From a bacterium (GTDB taxonomy: Bacteria; Cyanobacteriota; Vampirovibrionia; Gastranaerophilales; CAZEDP01): DNA of 59,389 nucleotides. Position 1 is the stretch's first letter. Every line of letters starts with the position of its first letter. Position numbers and translations under genes: made by a program. This document shows positions 21,653 to 31,411 of the stretch, piece by piece. The notes beneath the pieces were generated by a model. That model was not told where the DNA came from. It worked only from the letters and a program-made list of their open reading frames with translations, and made no database searches. Where the stretch lies: the NCBI GenBank assembly GCA_043797105.1, contig JAZDPZ010000068.1:1-59389 (forward strand). The letters run 5' to 3'.

Positions 21653-22567
21653 ATGCGTATTCTTATTACAGGCGTTTCTGGAATGGTTGGTCGTAATTTT
21701 CTTGAGCATCCGTCTGTTAAACAGTTTGATATATTGACTCCTTCAAGCTCTGAGCTTAATTTACTTGATTATAACTGCACAGAAAATTATCTTGACTGTC
21801 ATAACCCTGATATGGTTATTCATCTGGCAGGAAAAGTCGGTGGTATACATGCCAATATTACTCAACCTGTTCAATTTCTTTCTGAAAACTCTATAATGGG
21901 CATAAATATCATATTAGCTTCAAAAAAAGCCGGCATTAAAAAATTTATTAATCTTGGCAGCTCTTGTATGTATCCGAAGGATGCTGTTAATCCGCTCAAA
22001 GAAGAAATGATTCTAAAAGGCGAGCTTGAACCGACAAATGAAGGATATGCTTTAGCCAAGATCGTTACAGCAAAAATGTGTGGATATATAAACAATCAGG
22101 ATTATTTTTATAAAACTTTGATTCCCTGTAATCTATATGGTCGCTGGGATAAATTTGACCCTAAAAATTCGCATATGATAGCAGCAGTTATTAAAAAAAT
22201 TCACGAAGCAAAATTGCAAAATCAGGATAATATAGAAATTTGGGGAGACGGCTCAGCCAGAAGAGAATTTATGTATGCGGGAAATTTTGCGGATTGTCTT
22301 GTGCATGTTATTAATAATTTTGAGACAGTGCCTCAGCTTATGAATGTGGGTCTTGGCTATGATTATACTGTTGATGAATATTATAAAATTATTGCAGAAA
22401 TAATCGGATATGAGGGAAAATTTATTCATAATTTATCAAAACCGGCAGGAATGAGACAAAAACTTGTGAATAATGAAAAATTAAAAAATTGGGGCTGGAA
22501 AGCCAGGACTAACTTAAGAGAAGGTCTTTTAAAAACTTATAAGTTTTATTTGGAACAGGGGTTTTAA
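21653..22567 (+). CDS. colC: GDP-L-fucose synthase family reductase, probably GDP-colitose synthase
   Basis: AGKVGGI.AN, LGSSCMYP, LEPTNEGYALAK, WGDG.ARREF; adjacent to colD. Confidence 0.8.
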   Translation: MRILITGVSGMVGRNFLEHPSVKQFDILTPSSSELNLLDYNCTENYLDCHNPDMVIHLAGKVGGIHANITQPVQFLSENSIMGINIILASKKAGIKKFINLGSSCMYPKDAVNPLKEEMILKGELEPTNEGYALAKIVTAKMCGYINNQDYFYKTLIPCNLYGRWDKFDPKNSHMIAAVIKKIHEAKLQNQDNIEIWGDGSARREFMYAGNFADCLVHVINNFETVPQLMNVGLGYDYTVDEYYKIIAEIIGYEGKFIHNLSKPAGMRQKLVNNEKLKNWGWKARTNLREGLLKTYKFYLEQGF

Positions 22568-23746
22568 ATGATAAAATATCCGCTTGCAAGCAGTACATGG
22601 GATGAAGCTGAATTAAAAGCGATACAAAAAATTATTGATTCCGGTAATTTTACTATGGGAGAACATGTAAAGATTTTTGAACGGAATTTTGCTAATTATG
22701 TGGGCAGTAAGTACGCTGTAATGGTAAATTCAGGATCATCTGCCAATCTTTTAGCTGTTGCATCGCTTTTTTACCGAAAAGAAAATTTTTTAAAACCAGG
22801 AGATGAAGTGATAGTGCCTGCTGTTTCCTGGTCTACCACTTATTATCCTTTATATCAATACGGATTAAAGTTAAAATTTGTTGATATAGATATAAATACT
22901 TTAAATTATGATCTTGAAGCATTACAAAAAGCAATATCTGATAAAACAAGAATGATAATGGCAGTTAATCTTTTAGGCAATCCCAATGATTTTAACAAAA
23001 TTAAAAATCTTATAAATTCGTCAAAAAAAGACATAATACTAATTGAGGATAATTGTGAATCTCTTGGAGCGGAATTTGAAGGAAAACAGGCTGGTTCTTT
23101 CGGGTTATTAGGAACTTTCAGCGCTTTTTACAGTCATCATATATCAACTATGGAAGGTGGAATAATCGTAACAGGCAATGAGGAATTATATTATATACTT
23201 TTATCATTGCGCGCTCACGGCTGGACAAGAGAACTTCCAAAACAAAACAAAATCTGCGGCATAAAAAGCGATGATCCTTTTGAAGAGTCTTTTAGATTTA
23301 TACTTCCGGGCTATAATGTGAGACCTCTTGAAATAAGCGGGGCTATAGGAATAGAACAGCTAAAAAAACTGCCTGAATTTATCAGAATAAGACGTGAAAA
23401 TGCTTCTATATTCAGAGAAATGTTTGAGGATAGTCCTTATTTCAGCATTCAGAAAGAAACAGGCAAAAGCAGCTGGTTTGGATTTGCGTTAATTATAAAA
23501 GAAAATACATCTATTGACAGAAAAAACATAGTTAATGCGCTGCAATTAAACGGAATAGAGTGTCGTCCGATAGTAGCTGGGAATTTTGCAAAGAATGAAG
23601 TTATAAAATGGTTTGATTATGAAATATCCGGCACTTTAAAAAATGCTGAGACAATTGATAAAAAAGGCTTTTTTGTTGGAAATCATCAATTTGATATAAG
23701 AGAACAGTTAAGTTTTCTAAAGAAGATTTTAAAAGGTTTGGCGTAG
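22568..23746 (+). CDS. colD: GDP-4-keto-6-deoxy-D-mannose 3-dehydratase
   Basis: MIKYPLASSTWD, VNSGSSANL, FYSHHISTMEGG with His where aminotransferases have the PLP Lys. Confidence 0.9.
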   Translation: MIKYPLASSTWDEAELKAIQKIIDSGNFTMGEHVKIFERNFANYVGSKYAVMVNSGSSANLLAVASLFYRKENFLKPGDEVIVPAVSWSTTYYPLYQYGLKLKFVDIDINTLNYDLEALQKAISDKTRMIMAVNLLGNPNDFNKIKNLINSSKKDIILIEDNCESLGAEFEGKQAGSFGLLGTFSAFYSHHISTMEGGIIVTGNEELYYILLSLRAHGWTRELPKQNKICGIKSDDPFEESFRFILPGYNVRPLEISGAIGIEQLKKLPEFIRIRRENASIFREMFEDSPYFSIQKETGKSSWFGFALIIKENTSIDRKNIVNALQLNGIECRPIVAGNFAKNEVIKWFDYEISGTLKNAETIDKKGFFVGNHQFDIREQLSFLKKILKGLA

Positions 23747-23788
23747 TATGTTCTGTACAATTGTCTATGAACATGGGAAATTATAATT

Positions 23789-25156
23789 ATGATAGATAAT
23801 TCTGTAGAACATAAAATGGAAAAAGTGCCTCCTCAAAATATTGAAGCGGAGCAGGCTGTACTTGGAGCTTTGCTTATTAATCCCGTTGCAATAACAAGAG
23901 TAGTTGAAACTTTAAAAGTTGAAAGTTTTTATAAGCAAGCGCATAAGTATATTTATTCATCTATGCTGGATTTATTTAAAGATAATAACCCTATTGACGT
24001 TATTACAGTTTCTAATAATTTAAAAATTTCAAATAATCTTGAGAAAGTTGGGGGCAGAGCTTATGTTAATGATCTGGCTTTATCCGTTGTTACAACCGCA
24101 AATATTGAATACTACGCTAAAATAGTCTCTGAAAAATTTGTGCTTAGAGAGCTTATTAAAGCCGGCACTGAAATAGTATCCCTGGTATACGAAGAAAGCG
24201 ACGCTAATCAAGCCATGGATACAGCGGAAAAATTAATTTTTTCAATAGCTCAAAGAAAAACAATGGATAATATAATCCATATAAAAGATATTGTTCTTGA
24301 TAGCTATAATTTGATAGAAAAACGCTATAATAACAGAGACGAACTAATAGGCACTCCCAGCGGATTTTATGATCTTGACAACATGACAACGGGTTTTCAG
24401 CCTTCGGATTTAATTATTATTGCAGCCAGACCATCTATGGGAAAAACTGCTTTTTGTCTTAATATAGCTCAGGAAGTGAGCATAAGAAGAAAAAATCCTG
24501 TTGTTATATTTAGTCTTGAAATGTCAAAAGAACAATTAGTTCAAAGAATGTTATGCACGGAAGCAGGAATTAATACCACCAGACTTAGAACAGGACATAT
24601 GCAAAGCGATGACTGGGCAAAATTAAATATTGCTATGGGAGATTTAGCAGATTCACCCTTATTTATTGATGATTCGCCTGGCACAAGCGTTATGGAAGTC
24701 CGCGCTAAATGTAGAAGATTATCTATGGAATATGGAAATATAGGATTGATTATAATTGATTATCTTCAATTAATGGAGGGAAGCAGATCAGGCAAAATGG
24801 ACAGAGTGCATGAAATTTCTGCAATTTCACGGGGATTAAAAAATTTGGCAAGAGAATTAAAATTGCCTATAATAGCTCTTTCTCAGCTATCAAGAGCAGT
24901 TGAAACACGCACAAACAAAAAACCTATGCTTAGTGATCTTCGTGAAAGTGGCAGTATTGAGCAGGATGCTGATATTGTAATGTTTATTTACAGAGAAGAA
25001 TATTATGACCAGGAAAGTCCTGAAAAAAAAGGCAAGGCAGAAATAATTGTTTCCAAGCAAAGAAACGGTCCTACAGGTTCAGTAGATTTAATATTTGATG
25101 CAAATTGCACAAAGTTTAAAAATCCAGCCATCACAAAAAATCAACCTCTTTATTAA
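23789..25156 (+). CDS. dnaB: replicative DNA helicase
   Basis: PPQNIEAEQAVLG, AARPSMGKT, IDYLQL, LSDLRESGSIEQDAD. Confidence 0.98.
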   Translation: MIDNSVEHKMEKVPPQNIEAEQAVLGALLINPVAITRVVETLKVESFYKQAHKYIYSSMLDLFKDNNPIDVITVSNNLKISNNLEKVGGRAYVNDLALSVVTTANIEYYAKIVSEKFVLRELIKAGTEIVSLVYEESDANQAMDTAEKLIFSIAQRKTMDNIIHIKDIVLDSYNLIEKRYNNRDELIGTPSGFYDLDNMTTGFQPSDLIIIAARPSMGKTAFCLNIAQEVSIRRKNPVVIFSLEMSKEQLVQRMLCTEAGINTTRLRTGHMQSDDWAKLNIAMGDLADSPLFIDDSPGTSVMEVRAKCRRLSMEYGNIGLIIIDYLQLMEGSRSGKMDRVHEISAISRGLKNLARELKLPIIALSQLSRAVETRTNKKPMLSDLRESGSIEQDADIVMFIYREEYYDQESPEKKGKAEIIVSKQRNGPTGSVDLIFDANCTKFKNPAITKNQPLY

Positions 25157-25218
25157 AGTTTTTTAAAAAAAATATATTATAATTTAAGTAGTAATCTAAT
25201 AAATGGAGAAAATATTCT

Positions 25219-25611
25219 ATGTCTGATGAAAACAATAGATCTTTTTCAAGATGGTATGACAAAAATGAAATAGTATCAAAATGTATGGAGATTTTAGGAG
25301 ACGTGCAGGATTCCCTAAAGCGTAAAACAGCTACATATTTAATGGATGAAATCATTAAAAAAGAGAAATATATTAATGCTTTACCCGAAGATATATATAG
25401 CAGAATTACTTCTGAAATTAAAAGAAGACGCAGATGGTACGATTTTGAGGAAATTGCCAGAATTTTTGTTGAATTGTTAAAACATTGTCCTGATGAAATT
25501 CAAAAAGAAATAGCGGTTAAAGCTATCACTTTTATTGAAAATTTAAGTTTGGATAAAAACAAGAGTATTGAATTAAAAATAGCTGAAGAAGATTATTATA
25601 TAGAACAATAA
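25219..25611 (+). CDS. hypothetical protein with duplicated RWYD motif
   Basis: SRWYDKNE and RRWYDFEE; GGAG RBS. Confidence 0.8.
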   Translation: MSDENNRSFSRWYDKNEIVSKCMEILGDVQDSLKRKTATYLMDEIIKKEKYINALPEDIYSRITSEIKRRRRWYDFEEIARIFVELLKHCPDEIQKEIAVKAITFIENLSLDKNKSIELKIAEEDYYIEQ

Positions 25612-25616
25612 TTCTC

Positions 25617-27068
25617 ATGAGAAAAAAAATTTTTTTGTTTAATCCGCCTGTTGGATTTTTCCAAAGAGGCGAGGACAGGTGCCAGGTTAATATTGATGGA
25701 AGCACTTCTACTGCTTTGAGAGCTTGCAATGACCTTGGGTATATGGCTGCAATTGCAAAAAAATCTGGCTATGCTCCAAAAATAAAAGATTATCCTGCTG
25801 AAAAATTAAAATGGAAAGACTATATCAGGGATTTTAAGGAATTTATGCCTGATATTGCTGTTATGAGCATTACTACAGCTACTATTGAAAAAGACATGGA
25901 AGCTTTTGAACTGGCAAAAAGTCTCAATCCTGAAGTCATAACCATAGCAAAAGGAGCTCATTTTTCAGGTTGCTCCTGTGAAGAGCTTAATAAAGATATT
26001 TATAAAGTAATGGACTATGCGATTTCAGGAGAAGCTGAGTTTATAATTACAGACTTAATAGTGTCTGAGGCACTTCCATATCCTCCTTGTATTAATCAGA
26101 TAAAAGGCATTTTTTACTGGAATGAAGACAAATCCAGAATCTTAAAAACTTTACAGCCTGAATTTATTGAAAATCTTGATTCTTTACCTTTTCCAGCCAG
26201 AGATTTAATGAATAATAAACTTTATAAAAGACCTGATACAGGTAAACCATTAGCTACTATAAGCGTATCAAGAGGATGCGCCTTTTCCTGCATTTATTGT
26301 TTAACGCCTGTTGTTTCAGGAAAAAAAACAAGAAAACGATCTGCCAAAAATATTGTGGATGAAATTCAGGAGTGCGTTAAAAAATATAATATTAAAAATT
26401 TTTTCTTTAAAGCAGATACTTTTACCATAGATAAAAAATGGGTAACAGAAGTATGCGAAGAGATTTTAGCAAGAAAATTAAAAATTGAATGGGTTGCAAA
26501 TTCAAGGGTAAAGCCGCTTGAACTTGAGACTTTAAAACTAATGAAAAAAGCCGGTTGCTGGCTTATTGCCGTTGGCATTGAATCCGGCAGCCAGGAATCT
26601 CTTGAAAAAATGAAAAAAGGAATAACAAAGGAAGAAGCAAAACAGGCTGTAAAATGGATAAAACAAGCCGGATTAAAGACTTTTGGCTATTATTTAATTG
26701 GGTTTCCCTGGGAAACTAAAAAACATATAGAAGAAACTGTTAAATTTGCTAAAGAACTGGATTGTGATTATATAGAAATTCATATAGCCGTGCCTTTTGA
26801 GGGAACAGAACTTTATGAGCGGGTAAAAAATACTGAATTACTTAAAAAAACAGTAACAGGACACGATGCGTTTATAAATCCCGTTATAAAAACAGAGCAT
26901 TTAACCACAAAAGAGCTTTTAGAGCTGAAAAATAAAGCTATTAAAGAGATATGCCTGAATCCAAAATATATAATAAAAACTTTAGGCAACATCAGAAGTA
27001 TAAATGAATTTGTTAATTATACGAAATTTGGTATTAGAATGACAAAAAATTTATTTAAAACTAATTAA
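25617..27068 (+). CDS. B12-binding-domain radical SAM protein
   Basis: SRGCAFSCIYC, DTFT, AGC..I.VGIESG, IGFPWET. Confidence 0.92.
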   Translation: MRKKIFLFNPPVGFFQRGEDRCQVNIDGSTSTALRACNDLGYMAAIAKKSGYAPKIKDYPAEKLKWKDYIRDFKEFMPDIAVMSITTATIEKDMEAFELAKSLNPEVITIAKGAHFSGCSCEELNKDIYKVMDYAISGEAEFIITDLIVSEALPYPPCINQIKGIFYWNEDKSRILKTLQPEFIENLDSLPFPARDLMNNKLYKRPDTGKPLATISVSRGCAFSCIYCLTPVVSGKKTRKRSAKNIVDEIQECVKKYNIKNFFFKADTFTIDKKWVTEVCEEILARKLKIEWVANSRVKPLELETLKLMKKAGCWLIAVGIESGSQESLEKMKKGITKEEAKQAVKWIKQAGLKTFGYYLIGFPWETKKHIEETVKFAKELDCDYIEIHIAVPFEGTELYERVKNTELLKKTVTGHDAFINPVIKTEHLTTKELLELKNKAIKEICLNPKYIIKTLGNIRSINEFVNYTKFGIRMTKNLFKTN

Positions 27069-27078
27069 AATAAGAATT

Positions 27079-27654
27079 ATGAGAAAAGACTGCAAAAATA
27101 TGCGTTTATTTTTAGCTTCTTTTGTTGATTTTATAAAAATTGATCCTAAAAATAGTTTTTATAAAATTGAGGATTATTTTGGCTGTGTTATAAAGCCTGT
27201 AAAAAAAGAAAACATTCATATTACATGGAAATTTATAGGTGAAATTGAAGAATCCTATATTAGTAAAATTCAAACAAAAATAAATGAAATTATTGATAAA
27301 TCCTTTAAATTTCAAATTGAGATTAAATTTCAAAAAATCGAAATTTGGCCCAATACTCGATATCCAAGACAAATTGTTCTTGTAGGTGAAGATATTGATA
27401 AAAAAGGCAGTGCTTTTTGCCGATTACTTAATAAAAATTTGTTAAAAATCGGGATAACGGAAGAACAAAAAAATTTTAATCCTCATATTACACTTGCAAG
27501 ATTTAAAAAACAGGAAAAAATTGAAAAAATTTCTTATTTACTTGAAGAATTAAATTTTGAAAGTGTTTTACTTGAATTTAACAAGATAGATATTGTTAAA
27601 AGTACTCTTTGTCAGCAGGGAAGCATTTATGAAATTATCAAATCTTTCTCTTGA
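27079..27654 (+). CDS. thpR: RNA 2',3'-cyclic phosphodiesterase (2H family)
   Basis: MRLFLA, HITW and PHITLAR motifs. Confidence 0.88.
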   Translation: MRKDCKNMRLFLASFVDFIKIDPKNSFYKIEDYFGCVIKPVKKENIHITWKFIGEIEESYISKIQTKINEIIDKSFKFQIEIKFQKIEIWPNTRYPRQIVLVGEDIDKKGSAFCRLLNKNLLKIGITEEQKNFNPHITLARFKKQEKIEKISYLLEELNFESVLLEFNKIDIVKSTLCQQGSIYEIIKSFS

Positions 27655-27756
27655 ACCAAAATAAACTTGATAATAACATGATTTTATATAAAATATTATA
27701 TTATTTATATTATCTTTGATTTAAAATTAGTGTTATACTGATTAGCAATCAAAATA

Positions 27757-27838
27757 TGTCATTGCAAGGCGAGCGAAGCGAAGCAATCTCAAAATTGAAT
27801 AACTATATGATTCTTCGGGCTACGCCCTCTGAATGACA
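27757..27838. repeat. paired REP-like palindromes within a MITE-like unit
   Basis: TGTCATTGCAAGG..GCGAAGCGAAGCAATCT ... GATTCTTCGGGCTACGCCCTCTGAATGACA. Confidence 0.75.
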
Positions 27839-27890
27839 AGTTCTTTTTTGATCGCAGCTTAGTGTTAATTAGGTTGAGTGGAGTAAAAAA

Positions 27891-29249
27891 TTGAAAAACT
27901 TTGCATTTTTGAAAATATTTCTTATTTTTATGGAGAAAATAGCTCGACTTGAAACGTTTTATGAAGAAAAAATACTTACTGAAAACAATACAAATGTTGA
28001 ACTTTTAAAGCCCTGTAAAATAAGCCTTAATAAAATTAAGGCCGAAATACTAAGCAACAGGCAAATATTACTTGACTGTTACGAAAATAAACTTTTATCT
28101 AAGGATAAAGTTGATAAAGCTTTATTATCGCTGGGAAAATGTGTTTCAGGCTTTTTAAAATTACATTCATTATTAATTCATCTGTCATCAAATAGCGTAA
28201 TACCGGAAACATTCATTTTTCTGGAAGAAACTTTAAAAAAACAAGAAAAATTATCTGATATTAATCTCAAAATAGTTCTTTTGACTCAGGATTTTTTAAC
28301 AAGAAATGCGCATAAGGATTTTTCAAGCTTACCGTTTCTTTCAGAACATGAAAAAATGCCTACGGCAATGTATTTACCGATTTTAGAAAATACAAATCCT
28401 TTATACTGGGTGTTACTGGTTAAAAATGTATTTTTAAATCTCGATAAATTAAAAGTTGATTCAAAAACTATAATTAGTAACTTAATTGAGGATAAATTTA
28501 ATGAAGAACAGCAAAAAATTGTAAAAAAACTTGTAGGTGGTTTAATATCAGATTTATTCACCATAAGATTATTTGGACCGGCGTATTTTTACTTAATGAT
28601 AGAAATGGGAATACTGAGAAGCATTGCGGAATCTGATAAAAGATACTTGCCGACACTGGCAATCAGAGAAGAATTAATATATAACGAATTGATAAAGCTT
28701 AATTTGGCAGATAAAGTAGAAAATACGCACAGATGGTTTAATGATTTAGCAGGGCTTTCAAATCAACTGCATGCCAATCTTGGCTTTCAAATTGATTTAC
28801 CGGATTTAAAAGTTTTTTTAAGCAATCTTGTAGACAAACTTAATGAAGAAGTAAATAAAATCCTTGATGAATCAGTTGTTTTTAAAACAAATGATTTTCA
28901 AAAAAGTTTAGTGGCTTATGAAAGATTAAAAGATGATATATTAATCAGTTCATCATATATGTTTGAACTGAACGAAATAAAAACAAGCTATGAAAAAGCT
29001 TGCAATCAGACTAATGGAGCGCTTAATATCTATGATTATCTTAATAAACTTAAAGAAATACCAAATACCCCTCAGCAAATAGTAAATGCCGGATGGATTT
29101 ATAAAGAAAATACTATTGATAAGGCATTTCTTGAATTTTTAAGCGGTAATGTAGAGTTTGATTTTATTGGAAGTTATGTTAAAAAATTAGATGATATTTT
29201 AATTAAATCCATTGAAACTTCAAGGATTCATTGTGTTTTGCTAAGCTGA
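27891..29249 (+). CDS. uncharacterised protein co-transcribed with dcd
   Basis: 452-aa ORF 9 nt upstream of dcd; SDLF..RLFGPAY and IVNAGW motifs. Confidence 0.8.
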   Translation: MKNFAFLKIFLIFMEKIARLETFYEEKILTENNTNVELLKPCKISLNKIKAEILSNRQILLDCYENKLLSKDKVDKALLSLGKCVSGFLKLHSLLIHLSSNSVIPETFIFLEETLKKQEKLSDINLKIVLLTQDFLTRNAHKDFSSLPFLSEHEKMPTAMYLPILENTNPLYWVLLVKNVFLNLDKLKVDSKTIISNLIEDKFNEEQQKIVKKLVGGLISDLFTIRLFGPAYFYLMIEMGILRSIAESDKRYLPTLAIREELIYNELIKLNLADKVENTHRWFNDLAGLSNQLHANLGFQIDLPDLKVFLSNLVDKLNEEVNKILDESVVFKTNDFQKSLVAYERLKDDILISSSYMFELNEIKTSYEKACNQTNGALNIYDYLNKLKEIPNTPQQIVNAGWIYKENTIDKAFLEFLSGNVEFDFIGSYVKKLDDILIKSIETSRIHCVLLS

Positions 29250-29258
29250 GGAATAAAA

Positions 29259-29894
29259 ATGATACTGAATGAAGAACAAATATTAGAAAGATTAGTATGT
29301 TCAGACCCTTTAAAAAGAATTGTAATAACTCCCATTATAGATCCGGAAGAGCAATTTGGTCCAACTTCTGTTGATCTGCGGTTAGGAACAGACTTTCAAG
29401 TCATAAAAAGACCTAATATTACCCATTTGGACTTTATAAAAGATCCTTCCGAATTAAATAAAAATACTACTAAATATATAATTCCTGTAAAAGTTGGTGT
29501 AACAGAGCCTTTTGTTTTGCATCCCGGAGAATTTGCTCTTGCTTCTACTCTTGAATATATAAAAGTTCCTCTTGATTTAGCTGCAAGACTTGAAGGCAGA
29601 AGCACATGGGGAAGATTAGGGCTTCTTATTCATGCTACGGCAGGATTTGTTGATCCTGGTTTTTGTGGAGCCTTGACTTTTGAGCTTGCTAATGTAGGAC
29701 AGGTTCCAATGCCGCTTTATCCTGGAGTCAGAATTTCTCAAATTTGTTTCTTTCAAAGCAATACAACCAAACTTCCTTATTCTGAAAAAAAATATACAAA
29801 ATATAGCGGAAAAACCTCAACCGCAAGCAGCGCATATTTTGAAGATCCTGAATATGCAAAAATTAAAAGAGTAAGTAGAGATAAAATATACTAG
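29259..29894 (+). CDS. dcd: dCTP deaminase
   Basis: PTSVDLRLG, EGRSTWGRLGL, TAGFVDPGF.G.LTFEL. Confidence 0.95.
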   Translation: MILNEEQILERLVCSDPLKRIVITPIIDPEEQFGPTSVDLRLGTDFQVIKRPNITHLDFIKDPSELNKNTTKYIIPVKVGVTEPFVLHPGEFALASTLEYIKVPLDLAARLEGRSTWGRLGLLIHATAGFVDPGFCGALTFELANVGQVPMPLYPGVRISQICFFQSNTTKLPYSEKKYTKYSGKTSTASSAYFEDPEYAKIKRVSRDKIY

Positions 29895-30061
29895 ATTTTT
29901 AATTTTAAATATTTATTGGCTTTATAAAAAAAAATATTGCTTTAAGGCGCATATTTGTATAATCATGTATCTTGGTAAACTTTAAATATTTAAATATATT
30001 AAAAAGCTGTTAAGGAGAGATTAATTGAGTTGAATTTTGTTTATTAACAAAGGAGTCTGCT

Positions 30062-31390
30062 ATGGAAAAAGCTAAAAATACCATTTACATTGTAGATGTA
30101 ACAAACAGAGACGGCGTTCAAACATCAAGACTTGGTCTTGCAAAACTTCAAAAAACGATGATCAACTTTCTTTTGAATGAAATGGGCATTACTCAGTCTG
30201 AATTTGGTTTTCCAAATACAAAACACGAAGTTAATTATTTGAATGGAAATTTAGAACTTGTAGACAGAGGTGTGATTAATAAAACAAAATTAAGCGGCTG
30301 GATGAGAGCTGTAGCAAGCGATGTATATCAAGCTTTCCAAAATGTTCCGAGATTAAAAAATGTAAATTTATCTATCTCTACTTCTGACCAAATGATTCAA
30401 GGCAAATTTAGCGGAAGAAAAACCAGAGATGATATAATTGCTCAAACAATTGAAGCTATAGGCGCTGCTTTTACTTGTGGAGCACAAATTGTGGGCGTTA
30501 ATGCAGAAGATGCTTCAAGAACCGATGAAGAATTTTTAATTAAATTTGCAAAAATAGCAAGGGATCATGGCGCTCATAGAATTAGATACTGCGATACTTT
30601 AGGCTATGATGATCCAAAAACGACTTATGACAGGATTTATAACCTTGCGTCTGCTGTTGAAATCCCAATAGAATTACATTGTCATAATGATCTTGGTTTT
30701 GCTGTCGCAAATACTTTGCTTGGAGCAAGAGCCGCAATAGATGCCGGCGTTGATGCTTATATGAACACAGCAATCAATGGAATGGGTGAAAGATCAGGAA
30801 ATGCCGATTTGATTTCCTGTATTCTGGCAGTTTTAAAATCAAGCGGTTTTAATGAAAAATACACCCTGGATCCGAATGTCGATCTTTGTGTGGCATGGAG
30901 AATAGCAAAATATACATCTTATGCTTTTGGAGTGCCAATTCCAATGAATCAGGTAGCTGTAGGAGATAATGCGTTTGCTCATGAATCAGGTATACATGCT
31001 GATGGAGCGCTTAAAGACAGAAGAAATTATGAACTGTACGATTTTGAAGAGCTTGGAAGAGGCGAACCTGAAATTGTAGAAACAGGTCGTATGATTACAA
31101 CCGGAGAATATGGTGGTATTAAAGGCTTTAGAGATGTGTATGAAAGACTGGCTCTGGAATTCCATGATGAAGACGAAGCAAGAAATATACTTGAGCTTGC
31201 AAGATATGCTAATGTTCATACTCAAAAACCTTTAATGGACAATGAGCTTAAGTTTATTTATCAATATCCGGATATTGCAGCTAAAATAATGACTGTAACA
31301 CCATATTACGTGCCAGTTGGCGAACTTAAAAAACGTGTTGACAGAGAAAAAGCAAAAATAGAAAATATAGTAGTTCAGGAAGCTAAGTAA
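30062..31390 (+). CDS. DRE-TIM acyltransferase, probable Re-citrate synthase (homocitrate-synthase-like)
   Basis: DVTNRDGVQT, NAEDASRT, RYCDTLG, HCHND, HESGIHADG; resembles Dehalococcoides Re-citrate synthase as I recall it. Confidence 0.75.
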   Translation: MEKAKNTIYIVDVTNRDGVQTSRLGLAKLQKTMINFLLNEMGITQSEFGFPNTKHEVNYLNGNLELVDRGVINKTKLSGWMRAVASDVYQAFQNVPRLKNVNLSISTSDQMIQGKFSGRKTRDDIIAQTIEAIGAAFTCGAQIVGVNAEDASRTDEEFLIKFAKIARDHGAHRIRYCDTLGYDDPKTTYDRIYNLASAVEIPIELHCHNDLGFAVANTLLGARAAIDAGVDAYMNTAINGMGERSGNADLISCILAVLKSSGFNEKYTLDPNVDLCVAWRIAKYTSYAFGVPIPMNQVAVGDNAFAHESGIHADGALKDRRNYELYDFEELGRGEPEIVETGRMITTGEYGGIKGFRDVYERLALEFHDEDEARNILELARYANVHTQKPLMDNELKFIYQYPDIAAKIMTVTPYYVPVGELKKRVDREKAKIENIVVQEAK

Positions 31391-31411
31391 AATTTAAAAA
31401 AAGGAATTGTT

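Noticed and set aside
23789-25156. Possible intein in DnaB, as in many cyanobacteria
   Set aside because: 455 aa with contiguous motifs; no insertion
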